From positions 91,252 to 155,251 of the forward strand of contig CAILWV010000016.1 in NCBI GenBank assembly GCA_903838055.1: a stretch of 64,000 bases of DNA. The letters are read 5' to 3'. Under the pieces are notes generated by a model. It did not search any database and was not told the origin of the DNA. It worked only from the letters and a program-made list of their open reading frames with translations. The translations under genes were made by a program, and so were the position numbers. The stretch is from an uncultured Bacteroidota bacterium. GTDB lineage: Bacteria; Bacteroidota; Bacteroidia; Flavobacteriales; Flavobacteriaceae. Shown here in pieces: positions 1-10,042 of the stretch. Every line of letters starts with the position of its first letter. The first letter of the stretch is position 1.

Positions 1-258
1 AACATAGACTATCTTGTTCTAGGATGTAGCCATTATCCGTATTTAATTCCACAAATAAAGAAACTCCTACCTCAAAATATTACAATTATAGATTCTGGTG
101 AAGCAGTAGCAAAACAAACAAAAAAAATATTAGAAGAAACTGTTGGATTAAGAGAAGATTCTAATAAAAGTGAATCGCTATTTTATTCCAATACAAAAAT
201 CAAAGTATTGCAAGAAATTCTTGAAAATAAGTATCCAATACTATTTAAAGACTTCTAA
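1..258 (+). CDS. murI: Glutamate racemase, C-terminal part (5'-truncated by window edge)
   Basis: Frame 1 reads NIDYLVLGCSHYPYLIPQIKKLLPQNITIIDSGEAVAKQ... to TAA at 256-258. This matches the LVLGC(T/S)HYP and IDSG motifs of MurI. Missing from the ORF track. Confidence 0.85.
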   Translation, partial: NIDYLVLGCSHYPYLIPQIKKLLPQNITIIDSGEAVAKQTKKILEETVGLREDSNKSESLFYSNTKIKVLQEILENKYPILFKDF

Positions 259-325
259 AAAGGCTTGCCTCATAATATTAACCATTGTTACCTTCAAAAA
301 GAGTATCTTTGCAAAAATTAAAAGC

Positions 326-1189
326 ATGAATAATTCCAATAAAAAACGACCTGGACCTAGTAAACCTTCAGCAGACAGAAAAAAATCTACTACTGAATCA
401 AAACCAGCTATGGCTAAGCGTTCACAAAACAGAAAGCCTGTCGTTAAAAAAGATTCTCCGAATATACCTAAACCAATCAAATCGGATGAAATAAGATTGA
501 ACAAATACATAGCAAATTCAGGTGCTTGCTCAAGAAGAGATGCCGATATTTATATTCAATCAGGAAATGTAAAAGTAAATGGAATTCCTGTTACCGAAAT
601 GGGTTATAAAATTAAACCAGGTGACATAGTAAACTTTGACGGCGCAACTTTAATGCCTGAAAAGAAAGAATATTTCGTATTAAACAAACCGAAAAATTTT
701 ACAACTTCTAATGAAGAAGTTGAACACCGCAATGTTTTAGAGTTAATAAAAGGAGCTTCCACTTCAAGTTTAGCACCAGTTGGAAGAATGGATAAAAACA
801 CAACTGGATTACTATTATTTACAAACGATACTGATATCATTAGAAAATTTAGTTTACCAAATCAAAAATCTCCAAAAATATATCAAGTAACTCTTGATAA
901 AAATTTAAAGTTTGAAGATCTAGAGAAAATAAATTCGGGGGTAACACTAGATGGACATCGTTTATTTGTAGACGATATTAGTTACATTGAAAATGAACCA
1001 AAAAATGAAATTGGAATTAAATTAAAAACTCCAAATGTAAAAGTTGTTCGTGCTATTTTTGAACATTTCAAATATACCGTTATTAAAGTAGATAGAGTTT
1101 CATTTGCAGGATTAACCAAGAAAAACCTTCCAAGAGGAAATTGGCGCGCTCTTACTGAGCAAGAAATTATTAACCTTAAAAACATATAG
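326..1189 (+). CDS. rRNA pseudouridine synthase, RsuA/RluB family with S4 domain
   Basis: S4 motif IRLNKYIANSGACSRRDAD and catalytic GRMDKNTTGLLLFTND. Start moved to ATG 326 because the track start at 170 overlaps murI. Confidence 0.9.
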   Translation: MNNSNKKRPGPSKPSADRKKSTTESKPAMAKRSQNRKPVVKKDSPNIPKPIKSDEIRLNKYIANSGACSRRDADIYIQSGNVKVNGIPVTEMGYKIKPGDIVNFDGATLMPEKKEYFVLNKPKNFTTSNEEVEHRNVLELIKGASTSSLAPVGRMDKNTTGLLLFTNDTDIIRKFSLPNQKSPKIYQVTLDKNLKFEDLEKINSGVTLDGHRLFVDDISYIENEPKNEIGIKLKTPNVKVVRAIFEHFKYTVIKVDRVSFAGLTKKNLPRGNWRALTEQEIINLKNI

Positions 1190-1213
1190 CCACGCACCTG
1201 CGTGGTTTTTTAT
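1190..1213 (+). terminator. Intrinsic terminator
   Basis: CCACGCA-CC-TGCGTGG followed by a T-run directly after the stop codon. Confidence 0.6.
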
Positions 1214-1218
1214 CTACT

Positions 1219-1581
1219 ATGATTACTCAAAAAAACTTATCAATTGCTCATTCTTGGTTTGAAGCTTTTAATGCGCATAATCTAGAAAAACTTCTATCTC
1301 TATACGATGAAGATGCGGAACATTTTAGCCCGAAATTAAAAATAAGACATCCCGAAACTAAAGGATTAGTTACTGGAAAAGAAGCATTGCGTAATTGGTG
1401 GAGAGATTCTTTTAATAGACTACCAACCCTAAAATATAAAGTTACCTCTTTGACTGCTAATTCCGATCGTGTATTTATGGAATATATTAGATTAGTTGAA
1501 AACGAGGAATCTATGATGGTTGCAGAAGTATTAGAAATTAAAGAGGGAGTTATTGTTTCTTCTCGAGTTTATCATAGTTAA
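1219..1581 (+). CDS. NTF2/SnoaL-like protein
   Basis: 120 aa. Pattern WFEAFNAHNLEKLLSLYDEDA...GKEALRNWW is typical of the SnoaL/NTF2 fold. Confidence 0.75.
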   Translation: MITQKNLSIAHSWFEAFNAHNLEKLLSLYDEDAEHFSPKLKIRHPETKGLVTGKEALRNWWRDSFNRLPTLKYKVTSLTANSDRVFMEYIRLVENEESMMVAEVLEIKEGVIVSSRVYHS

Positions 1582-1640
1582 TATAAAAAAATACTATCTT
1601 TGTAAAAAAATAAATCACACTTAATGTGTGATTTTTTATT

Positions 1641-2465
1641 ATGAGACAACTTCTATATATCAATACAATTCAAAATTATTCAGAAGGATTTATTAAAGTC
1701 CTTTTAGATTATTCGCCTAAATTAATTTCTGCATTAATCTTATTAATTGTAGGGATTTACGGCATTAGATTTATCAATAAAATGGTAAAAAAAATAATGA
1801 TAAAAAGGAACTTAGATCCTACTTTATCAAAATTTTTAGCTGATATTTTAATTTGGGTACTACGCGTTTTACTCTTTGTGAGTTTCATTTCAAAATTAGG
1901 AATAGAAACTTCTTCTTTTGTTGCAATACTTGGAGCTGCAGGTTTAGCCGTTGGGTTATCTCTACAAGGGTCTCTTTCGAACTTTGCAGGTGGAATGTTA
2001 ATTATCTTATTTAAACCGTTTAGAGTTGGAGATAGTATTGAAGCCCAAGGTGTAATTGGAACGGTAACTGAAATTCAAATTTTTATTACTAAACTACTGT
2101 CTGCTAATAATCAAACTATTTTTATTCCAAATGGGATTTTATCTAATGGAATAATAACAAATTTTTCGGTTGCAGGAATTCGAAGAGTTGATTTAGTATT
2201 TTCTCTTTCTTATGAAACAGATATCAAATTGGCAAAAGAAATAGTAATGCAAGTAATGCAAAATCACTCTAAAATTCTTACAACTCCTGAACCGCTAGTT
2301 ACAGTTAAAGATTTATCAGATACTGCAATTCATTTAGCTATTCGCCCTTGGACAAAAAACGAAGATTTCGGAATTGTTTCTTCGGATATATTAGAAAATT
2401 GCAAGACTGCATTTGAAGAACAAGGCATAAAAATACAACCTTTTGTAAGAGGTATATCTAAATAA
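1641..2465 (+). CDS. mscS: Small-conductance mechanosensitive channel
   Basis: GAAGLAVGLSLQGSLSNFAGG and KPFRVGD motifs, three TM segments. Confidence 0.92.
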   Translation: MRQLLYINTIQNYSEGFIKVLLDYSPKLISALILLIVGIYGIRFINKMVKKIMIKRNLDPTLSKFLADILIWVLRVLLFVSFISKLGIETSSFVAILGAAGLAVGLSLQGSLSNFAGGMLIILFKPFRVGDSIEAQGVIGTVTEIQIFITKLLSANNQTIFIPNGILSNGIITNFSVAGIRRVDLVFSLSYETDIKLAKEIVMQVMQNHSKILTTPEPLVTVKDLSDTAIHLAIRPWTKNEDFGIVSSDILENCKTAFEEQGIKIQPFVRGISK

Positions 2466-3125
2466 TTATTTGGCAAACATAAAGTCTTTCAAATAATAAG
2501 GTTCAAAATAAGCAACATCTACAAAATCTTTTTCTATATATTTTTTAAAAGAAATTTCACTCATTTCATTAGCGGAAGGATAAACATGATTATCTAGAAA
2601 AACAAAGTTAGATTTAGTTAAACTCAATTTTACTTTTTCATTGCTATCCCCTATAAAATAAACTTTTTCTGAAATGTCAGCAAAACTATCTTCGTAAATT
2701 ATTTGTGCTTGAACTTCGCGAATTTTTTCTTTATTAGAATTAAAAATAGCGCTATACACTTCCATTCTTCTAGCATCAATCATCGGAATAATCAATCCAT
2801 CTTTTGCAACAACTTGCATCGCTAAGGACTCCAAAGTATCTACAGCAATCAAAGGAATCTGAAGTGCGTAACTCAATCCTTTTGCGGCAGAAACACCTAT
2901 TCTTAATCCGGTATAAGAACCTGGTCCTTGACTAACAGCAATTGCTTTTAAATCGGAAAAGGAAATAGCTGCATCACTAATTACTTCTTCAATAAATAGA
3001 TGTAATTTTTCTGCATGTGAATAGCCTTGTTCAGCAATTTCTTTACAGATAATAGTTACTCCATCACTTGCTATTGCTACAGAACAATTTTTAGTAGCCG
3101 TTTCTATATTAAGAATATAATTCAT
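2466..3125 (-). CDS. tsaB: tRNA t6A37 threonylcarbamoyltransferase complex subunit TsaB
   Basis: ILNIETAT, GPGSYTGLRIG and PMIDARRMEVY motifs. Confidence 0.95.
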   Translation of the reverse strand: MNYILNIETATKNCSVAIASDGVTIICKEIAEQGYSHAEKLHLFIEEVISDAAISFSDLKAIAVSQGPGSYTGLRIGVSAAKGLSYALQIPLIAVDTLESLAMQVVAKDGLIIPMIDARRMEVYSAIFNSNKEKIREVQAQIIYEDSFADISEKVYFIGDSNEKVKLSLTKSNFVFLDNHVYPSANEMSEISFKKYIEKDFVDVAYFEPYYLKDFMFAK

Positions 3126-3145
3126 CTATATCTCTTCTATAAGGA

Positions 3146-4441
3146 TTATTTTTTTGATTTATCTTTATCCTTTAAAGACGTGATTTTAACTTTATCGCCA
3201 GAATTTAAGTCCTTTGAAACTGTTACATAAGGCCCCGTAATTACTTCGTCACCCTTTTTTAATCCAGATATTATTTCAATATTAGTGTCATCTTGAATTC
3301 CTGTTTTTACAATTCTGATTTTAGCCTTATCCCCAACTTTCACAAAAACACATTCTAGTTTTTTATCGCTTTTGGTCTTAACTTGATCATTATTTTCTAA
3401 AACCTGATTTTTTGATACTGCAGTTGTATCCGATTTTATCACAACTGAACTAATTGGTATACCAATTACATTTTCTTTTCGAGTAGTGATAATGTCAACT
3501 GTTGCAGTCATTCCTGGTCGAAATGGAGAATACGTATCTGGTTTTCCTTGAATTAAATCTAAATAAGATTCTTTGAGAATTCTAACTTTTACTTTAAAAT
3601 TAGTTACTTGATCAGCTGTTGTAGTTGAACTTGCCGAATTAGAAATACTAGTTACAATTCCTTTAAATTCTTTTTTCAAATAAGCATCTACTTGAATTTT
3701 AGTTTCGTCTCCAATATTAATTTTAACAATATCATTTTCGTTTACATCTACTTCAACCTCCATGTTGTTCAAGTTGGCTACACGCAACAATTCGGTACCT
3801 GCCATTTGTTGAGTTCCTAAAATTCTTTCCCCTAATTCAACACTAAGTTTTGAAATCGTACCATCGTTAGGTGAATAAATAGTCGTTCTACCTAAGTTGT
3901 CTTTAGCTTCTTTTACAGATGCTGAAGCACTTTGAACATTGTAATAAGCTGTTTGTTTATTTGCCTTTGCAACTTCAAAAGAAGCTATTGCTTTGTCCCA
4001 TTCCGATTTAGAAATGATGCCTTTTTCAAATAAGGTTTTGTTTCTTTGGTAACTTGCTTGCGCTTCTTGGAAAGAAGCTTCTGCTTGGTTTAATCCTGAT
4101 TTAGTTCCCGAATAATTTGAAACCGAACGATTTAATCCAGAAGTATATAAATCGGGATTAATTTTCACTAACAAATCTCCTTTTTTAACCACTTGTCCTT
4201 CTTTAATAGGTAAATCAATAATTTCTCCAGATACCTGAGACGATATCTTCACTTCAATCTCTGGCTGAATTTTACCAGTAGCCGAAACAGTTTCTACTAT
4301 GGTAATTTGATTGGCTTTGGCAGTTTCTACTTCTATTGATTTGTCATTACTACCTAATACTCCTGCTTTAGAAAGTGCAATTAACACGATAATTAACGCA
4401 ATAATAATTCCAATAATAATATAAATTTTCTTTTTTGACAT
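3146..4441 (-). CDS. Efflux periplasmic adaptor (membrane fusion protein)
   Basis: N-terminal TM anchor, SATGKIQPEIEVKISSQVSGEI, coiled-coil hairpin and FRPGMTATVDI. Confidence 0.9.
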   Translation of the reverse strand: MSKKKIYIIIGIIIALIIVLIALSKAGVLGSNDKSIEVETAKANQITIVETVSATGKIQPEIEVKISSQVSGEIIDLPIKEGQVVKKGDLLVKINPDLYTSGLNRSVSNYSGTKSGLNQAEASFQEAQASYQRNKTLFEKGIISKSEWDKAIASFEVAKANKQTAYYNVQSASASVKEAKDNLGRTTIYSPNDGTISKLSVELGERILGTQQMAGTELLRVANLNNMEVEVDVNENDIVKINIGDETKIQVDAYLKKEFKGIVTSISNSASSTTTADQVTNFKVKVRILKESYLDLIQGKPDTYSPFRPGMTATVDIITTRKENVIGIPISSVVIKSDTTAVSKNQVLENNDQVKTKSDKKLECVFVKVGDKAKIRIVKTGIQDDTNIEIISGLKKGDEVITGPYVTVSKDLNSGDKVKITSLKDKDKSKK

Positions 4442-4445
4442 GGTG

Positions 4446-5822
4446 TTATAATTTTTCTGTGATAGGGATTCCGAAATAAAATTCTACTATTTTAACTTTA
4501 AAAATATAATCGTATTTAGTTCTTAAAACTTCCGATTGTGCATTAGTGTATAAAGTTTGCGATTGGGTAAAGTCAAAACTATTCATCATTCCAACAGCAT
4601 ATTTTTCTTTAGCATAATTAAATGCTTCTTTTCTAGCATCTAATGCAACAACTGCTGCCTCATAAGCATTTAGAGCTCCTTTTGCATTTGTAATTGCAGT
4701 ATAAACATTACGTTCCAAATCTAATACAGCTTGTTTTTCACTTATTTTTGCTCTATCTAAAGAAATTCTAAATCGATCTAAATTATTTTTTACAGAAAAC
4801 CCATTTAATATTGGAATATTTAATTGCACTCCAAAATTATGCCCTTTGTTTCTACTAAATTGATCGAAAAAAGGAAGTGGTCCAGAAATAATTGGATTTC
4901 CATATCCATCCACTCCAAGAATTCTGTCCGAATAACTAACTCTAGAGCTAAAACTATAGAAACCAGTTAAACTTGGCTGATAAGCACCTTTCGCAATTAT
5001 TACATCTTTTTCGGCAAGTTCTAAATTTGCTTTTGCTATTTTAAGCTCTACCCTATCTTGTTTCGCTTTTTCTACAATGTTTTCGGGTTTTTCAAGCATG
5101 GTAGCGCTAGAAGAAGCCTGATAATCAACATCTGCAATGTCAAAAGTTTGAAAATCTTCTATTTGAAGCAATTGTGCTAAACTCAAATTAGATAAAAACA
5201 AATTATTTTCAGCGGCGATTACCTTTTGTTTATCCAAGGCAACTGTAGCCTTAACGTCTAGTAAATCTCCTCTAGCAACTACCCCGGCAGCAACTAACTC
5301 TTCACTCTTTTTTTGTTGTTTTTCATCATTAGACAATTGCTCTTTTTGGACTTTCAAATTTTCTTTATTGAATAAAATTTGTAAAAAAGCATTTGCAACA
5401 TTCAACGAAATATCATCTTTCATTTTAGAGACCTGAAATTGCGTGGCTATTATAGATAGGTTAGCTTTTCTTAATCTATTCTGATTTTGCAATCCATTAT
5501 ATATAGTAATATTCGAATTCAATCCTGCAGAAGTAAATTGAGTAGTTTGGTTTTCTAATAAACCAGTAGTAATATTTTGATTTAAACCTATATTCCAAGA
5601 ATGCGATGCATTTGCATTAATACTTGGCAGAAAAGCTGCTAAAGCGGCCTTCTTACTGATAGCCGTTGTTTTAAAATCCAATTCTGATTGCTGTATGGAG
5701 ATGTTATTTTTTATAGCATAATCCACGCACTCTTGGAGTGTCCATTTTTTGTTCTGTGCTGAAGTGGTTAATCCCACAAATAACAAAGAAACCAAAATCA
5801 GTTTAAACATTATTTTTTTCAT
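4446..5822 (-). CDS. TolC family outer membrane channel
   Basis: Signal peptide, WTLQECVDYAIKNN, repeated OEP halves, and an upstream position next to an MFP gene. Confidence 0.9.
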   Translation of the reverse strand: MKKIMFKLILVSLLFVGLTTSAQNKKWTLQECVDYAIKNNISIQQSELDFKTTAISKKAALAAFLPSINANASHSWNIGLNQNITTGLLENQTTQFTSAGLNSNITIYNGLQNQNRLRKANLSIIATQFQVSKMKDDISLNVANAFLQILFNKENLKVQKEQLSNDEKQQKKSEELVAAGVVARGDLLDVKATVALDKQKVIAAENNLFLSNLSLAQLLQIEDFQTFDIADVDYQASSSATMLEKPENIVEKAKQDRVELKIAKANLELAEKDVIIAKGAYQPSLTGFYSFSSRVSYSDRILGVDGYGNPIISGPLPFFDQFSRNKGHNFGVQLNIPILNGFSVKNNLDRFRISLDRAKISEKQAVLDLERNVYTAITNAKGALNAYEAAVVALDARKEAFNYAKEKYAVGMMNSFDFTQSQTLYTNAQSEVLRTKYDYIFKVKIVEFYFGIPITEKL

Positions 5823-5900
5823 AGTCCTTTTTCAAATTGAAAACCAATGCAAATTTAATCGATTTATTATTAAAACAAGCAAATATATACAGCTCTATCA

Positions 5901-5926
5901 GACGTCGATTAGTTAATTTTGTTACA
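5901..5926 (-). promoter_or_regulatory. Candidate ECF-sigma promoter (TGTAAC-N16-CGTC) upstream of tolC
   Basis: The minus strand reads TGTAAC AAAATTAACTAATCGA CGTC, which has the typical ECF -35/-10 architecture. Inference only. Confidence 0.4.
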
Positions 5927-5957
5927 TTCGCATCAAAAATAATTTTGATAAACCAAA

Positions 5958-7349
5958 ATGAAAAAGATTATAACCTTTTTAAATGCAATTATTTTAATTT
6001 TAGTAGTTTCTAGTTGTTCGTCAACCAATAAAATAGCAGCTCTAAAACCGGAACCTTCTCAAAATGTAGCAATGGCCTATAACACCACTACATCCTTTGT
6101 GAGTATGCCAATGGAAATATCTCTTCAAGAAATTGAAAATCAATTAAATAAATCATTGAACGGATTAATTTATGAAGATACTGTTTTAGAAGATGATAAA
6201 ACTGAAATGAAAATTTGGAAAACAGCACCTATAAAATTAATAGAAAAAGAGGGGAAAATTGAATCGATTTTACCTTTAAAAATTTGGGGAAAGTTTAAAT
6301 ATGGCACCGAATTTATGGGTCTTAATGACACCCGAGAAATAGAATTAAACGGAACAATTACGCTATTAAGCGATGTGAAATTATCGAATTGGAAAATGAA
6401 TACCGTTTCTAATATTGAAAATTTCGAATGGAATGAAAGCCCTAGTATATTAGTTGCTGGAAAAAAAGTACCTATAACCTATATTATAAACCCTACTCTA
6501 TCAATTTTTAAATCAAAAATGGCAAAAAAAATTGATGAAGCAATTGAAAAATCTTGTGACTTTAAACCTTATGTTTTAAATGTATTGCAAACTATGAGCA
6601 ACCCTTTGGAAACAAGTCCTCAATATGAAGCATGGTTTAAATTAAATCCGCTAGAAGTATATGTAACAGATGCTTTGGTACAAAAAAGTAAAATTTCAAT
6701 GGACTTAGGATTAAAATGTACTATGCAAACTATGATAGGTCAAAAACCTAGTGCCAGCTTTAATAAAGATGCTATATCTTTTAAATCTGTTTCTAAAGTA
6801 TCCGATAAAACTACAGCAACTATTGCTGCAATTTCAACTTATGAAAGTGCTTCTCGTATTTTAACAAAAAACTTTCAGGGGAAGGAATTTGCCTCAGGAA
6901 ATAGAAAAATAATAGTGCAAAAAGTTGAAGTATGGGCAAAAGATAGTCGAATGATAATTGCACTTGAAATGACCGGAAGCCTTAATGGGACTATTTATTT
7001 AACGGGGATTCCTAACTACAACTCCATTACCAAAGAAATTTATTTTGATCAAATGGATTATGTTTTAAATACTAAAGGACTACTAACCAAAACTGCTAAC
7101 TGGCTTTTGCAAGGAGTGATTTTGAAAAAAATTCAAGAGAGTTGCAGATATTCTATTAAAGAAAATTTGGAGGAAGGAAAGAAAAATCTACTACCTTATT
7201 TAAATAATTTTTCCCCAATGAAAGGTGTTTTTGTTAATGGTACTTTAAATGATTTTGAATTTCAAAAAGTGGAACTTACAAACAATGCAATGATAGCATT
7301 CATAACCACGACCGGAAAAATGAACGTGAAAATTGATGGAATGGAGTAA
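5958..7349 (+). CDS. DUF4403-like lipoprotein
   Basis: Lipobox VVSSC, 463 aa, resembles Bacteroidota DUF4403 proteins. Confidence 0.65.
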   Translation: MKKIITFLNAIILILVVSSCSSTNKIAALKPEPSQNVAMAYNTTTSFVSMPMEISLQEIENQLNKSLNGLIYEDTVLEDDKTEMKIWKTAPIKLIEKEGKIESILPLKIWGKFKYGTEFMGLNDTREIELNGTITLLSDVKLSNWKMNTVSNIENFEWNESPSILVAGKKVPITYIINPTLSIFKSKMAKKIDEAIEKSCDFKPYVLNVLQTMSNPLETSPQYEAWFKLNPLEVYVTDALVQKSKISMDLGLKCTMQTMIGQKPSASFNKDAISFKSVSKVSDKTTATIAAISTYESASRILTKNFQGKEFASGNRKIIVQKVEVWAKDSRMIIALEMTGSLNGTIYLTGIPNYNSITKEIYFDQMDYVLNTKGLLTKTANWLLQGVILKKIQESCRYSIKENLEEGKKNLLPYLNNFSPMKGVFVNGTLNDFEFQKVELTNNAMIAFITTTGKMNVKIDGME

Positions 7350-7366
7350 ATTTCTAAAGGAAATTG

Positions 7367-7954
7367 TTATTTAATAGAATATAATTTAGAAACGTATTTA
7401 CCAATTACATCAAATTCAAGATTTACCTTAGTCCCTATTTTAAAGGCATTAAAATTAGTATGTTCATATGTATACGGAATTATAGCTACACTAAATTCAT
7501 TGCTTTTAGAATTTACAACAGTTAAACTAACACCATTAACAGTTATTGAACCTTTTTCGATAGTGATATTATGTAATGAAAAATCATATTCAAAAGTAAA
7601 TAACCAACTTCCATTTGTATCTTCAATAGATTTGCAAATACCAATTTGATCTACATGCCCTTGAACTAGATGACCATCTAATCTATCACCTAATTTCATA
7701 GCGCGTTCTAAATTCACAATATCATTTATATTCCAATTGCCAATATTAGTTTTATCAATTGTTTCTTGAATTGCTGTAACAGTATAGTAGTTGTCCTCTA
7801 TTGCAACAACTGTAAGACAGATGCCATTATGCGAAACGCTTTGGTCAATTTTAAGTTCATTCAATATAGAGGAACTTACAGAAATATGTAGGTTACCATC
7901 TTGTTTTTTTAAGTCTTTTATAATTCCGAGGGTTTCAATTATTCCTGTAAACAT
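7367..7954 (-). CDS. ribE: Riboflavin synthase (alpha chain)
   Basis: Canonical N-terminus MFTGIIE at 7954, plus GHLVQGHVD and VNLEFD. The track start at 8107 is an overextension. Confidence 0.95.
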   Translation of the reverse strand: MFTGIIETLGIIKDLKKQDGNLHISVSSSILNELKIDQSVSHNGICLTVVAIEDNYYTVTAIQETIDKTNIGNWNINDIVNLERAMKLGDRLDGHLVQGHVDQIGICKSIEDTNGSWLFTFEYDFSLHNITIEKGSITVNGVSLTVVNSKSNEFSVAIIPYTYEHTNFNAFKIGTKVNLEFDVIGKYVSKLYSIK

Positions 7955-8015
7955 TTGTCGTTTTATTTTACTAAATTTGCACTTCAAAATTAGCAATAAA
8001 TAAGAAATAACCTTC

Positions 8016-9059
8016 ATGAAAAAAGCAGAAAATATAATCGTTGGAATTTCAATAGGAGATTTAAATGGTATTGGAAGCGAAGTAATCTTAAAAACCTTTG
8101 AGGACACTCGAATGTTAGAGCTTTGTACGCCGGTAATTTTTGCTAATGTAAAAATACTTTCTTTTATTAAAAAGAATATTAATTCTGAAGCTGCTTTGCA
8201 TGGTATTGATCATATTGACCAATTGGTTAAAGGCAAAATAAATGTTTTAAATGTTTGGAAAGAAGGTGTAGATATTAATTACGGATTGAATGATGAAAAC
8301 GTTGGCAAATATGCCATAAAATCTTTTGTAGCCGCAACAGCTGCTTTAAAAAATGATCTTGTAGACGTATTAGTAACCGCTCCCATAAATAAATATAATA
8401 TTCAATCTGACGATTTTAAATTCCCTGGGCATACTGATTATTTAGATCAAGAACTTGAAGGAAATGCCTTAATGTTTATGGTTCAAGACAAATTAAGAGT
8501 TGGTTTACTAACCGATCATATTCCGGTAACAGATGTAGCAAAACATCTAACCGAAAAATTGATAATTCAAAAAATCGAAACCATTAATAAATCATTAAAA
8601 CAAGATTTTAACATTACAAAACCTAAAATCGCGGTATTAGGATTGAACCCACATGCAGGAGATAATGGCGTAATTGGAAATGAAGAAGAAAAAATTATTA
8701 GACCAACCATAAAAAAATTATTTGAAAAAGGAATATTTGCTTTTGGTCCTTATTCAGCTGATGGTTTTTTTGGAAGTGGTCAATATGAAAAGTTTGATGC
8801 CATTATTGCATCTTATCACGACCAAGGATTAATTCCGTTTAAAACTTTATCTTTTGGCACTGGAGTAAACTATACTGCAGGGTTAAACAAAATAAGAACC
8901 TCTCCAGACCATGGAACTGCATATGAAATTGCAGGAAAAGGAGTAGCTGATTTTAGTTCTTTCAAAGAAGCAGTTTACTTGGCTATAGACATTTATAACT
9001 CTAGAAATGAGTACGAAGAATTAGTAAAAAACCCGTTAAAAACAAAAGATAAACAATAG
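8016..9059 (+). CDS. pdxA: 4-hydroxythreonine-4-phosphate dehydrogenase
   Basis: GDLNGIG, GHTDY, GLNPHAG, YHDQGL and RTSPDHGTA motifs. Confidence 0.93.
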   Translation: MKKAENIIVGISIGDLNGIGSEVILKTFEDTRMLELCTPVIFANVKILSFIKKNINSEAALHGIDHIDQLVKGKINVLNVWKEGVDINYGLNDENVGKYAIKSFVAATAALKNDLVDVLVTAPINKYNIQSDDFKFPGHTDYLDQELEGNALMFMVQDKLRVGLLTDHIPVTDVAKHLTEKLIIQKIETINKSLKQDFNITKPKIAVLGLNPHAGDNGVIGNEEEKIIRPTIKKLFEKGIFAFGPYSADGFFGSGQYEKFDAIIASYHDQGLIPFKTLSFGTGVNYTAGLNKIRTSPDHGTAYEIAGKGVADFSSFKEAVYLAIDIYNSRNEYEELVKNPLKTKDKQ

Positions 9060-9085
9060 CAAACAAAAAAATACTCATTACGCTT

Positions 9086-9113
9086 TTTGTTTTGCAATAA
9101 ATTTATATCTTTG
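9086..9113 (+). promoter_or_regulatory. Bacteroidota sigma70-type promoter for the yceD-rpmF operon
   Basis: TATCTTTG (-7 box) at 9106-9113 with TTTG upstream. Confidence 0.5.
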
Positions 9114-9157
9114 CACTCCCAAACCCGAATCTTCGGATTGGACAAATTGATGAAATC

Positions 9158-9700
9158 ATGAAAGTTACAAATGAATTTTTAATTCCATTTATTGGGTTAA
9201 AGTTAGGAAAACATCCATTTGAATTTCAGATTAATAAATCGTTCTTTGATAGTTTTGAGTATCACGAATATGAAGATTGTGATATTAAAGTAAGTGTAGT
9301 ATTAGAAAAAAAAAGCACGTTATTAGAGCTTTCTTTCAAACACAAAGGCACAGTAACAGTTCCTTGTGATGTAACTAACGAGATTTTTCCCTTAGAAATT
9401 AAAGGCAAAATAAAACTAGTAGTTACATTTGGAGAAGAGTATAATGATGACAACGAAGAATTATTAATATTGCCTCATGGCGAACATCAATTAGATATTG
9501 CTCAATATATTTATGAGATGATAGTTTTATCGGTTCCGCTAAAAAGAGTACATCCAGGAATAAAAAAAGGAACTCTAGAATCTGAAGCTTTAAAAAAATT
9601 ATCAGAACTTACGATTAAAGAACAAAAAAAAGAAATTAAAAAAGAAGAAAATATTGACCCAAGATGGGACAAATTAAAACAACTATTAACGGATAAATAA
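9158..9700 (+). CDS. YceD/DUF177 family protein
   Basis: Conserved position before rpmF and C-terminal IDPRWDKLKQL. Confidence 0.85.
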   Translation: MKVTNEFLIPFIGLKLGKHPFEFQINKSFFDSFEYHEYEDCDIKVSVVLEKKSTLLELSFKHKGTVTVPCDVTNEIFPLEIKGKIKLVVTFGEEYNDDNEELLILPHGEHQLDIAQYIYEMIVLSVPLKRVHPGIKKGTLESEALKKLSELTIKEQKKEIKKEENIDPRWDKLKQLLTDK

Positions 9701-9709
9701 TATAGTAAA

Positions 9710-9904
9710 ATGGCACATCCTAAGAGAAAAATCTCCAAAACAAGAAGAGATAAGAGAAGAACACATTACAAAGCAACTGTAGCAACTATTGCAACTTGTC
9801 CAGTAACTGGAGAAGCACATTTATACCACAGAGCATACTGGCACGAAGGTAAAATGTATTATAGAGGGCAGGTAGTTATTGATAAATCAGTAGCCGTTGC
9901 TTAA
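9710..9904 (+). CDS. rpmF: 50S ribosomal protein L32
   Basis: [20 protein letters not shown]-terminus. Confidence 0.97.
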   Translation: MAHPKRKISKTRRDKRRTHYKATVATIATCPVTGEAHLYHRAYWHEGKMYYRGQVVIDKSVAVA

Positions 9905-9925
9905 TTTATATTTAAATTTACATTT

Positions 9926-9951
9926 AAACTCTCACTCTGTGAGAGTTTTTT
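9926..9951 (+). terminator. Intrinsic terminator after rpmF
   Basis: AAACTCTCAC-TCT-GTGAGAGTTT plus T-run. Confidence 0.7.
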
Positions 9952-10042
9952 GTTTTTTGTGAATTTTAATTATAACTAAATATTTTTTTGTAAATTCCAC
10001 CTCTTTTAAAACTCTGTTTTAAGAGAAACCTAAAATCGCAAT

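Noticed and set aside
25-42. GCSHYP instead of GCTHYP in MurI
   Set aside because: A conservative substitution that retains the catalytic Cys; likely a lineage variant.
170-325. N-terminal extensions given by the ORF track (also ribE 7955-8107, 25460-25543, 58684-58755 and others)
   Set aside because: They overlap neighbouring genes or promoter boxes. Downstream ATGs give canonical N-termini.
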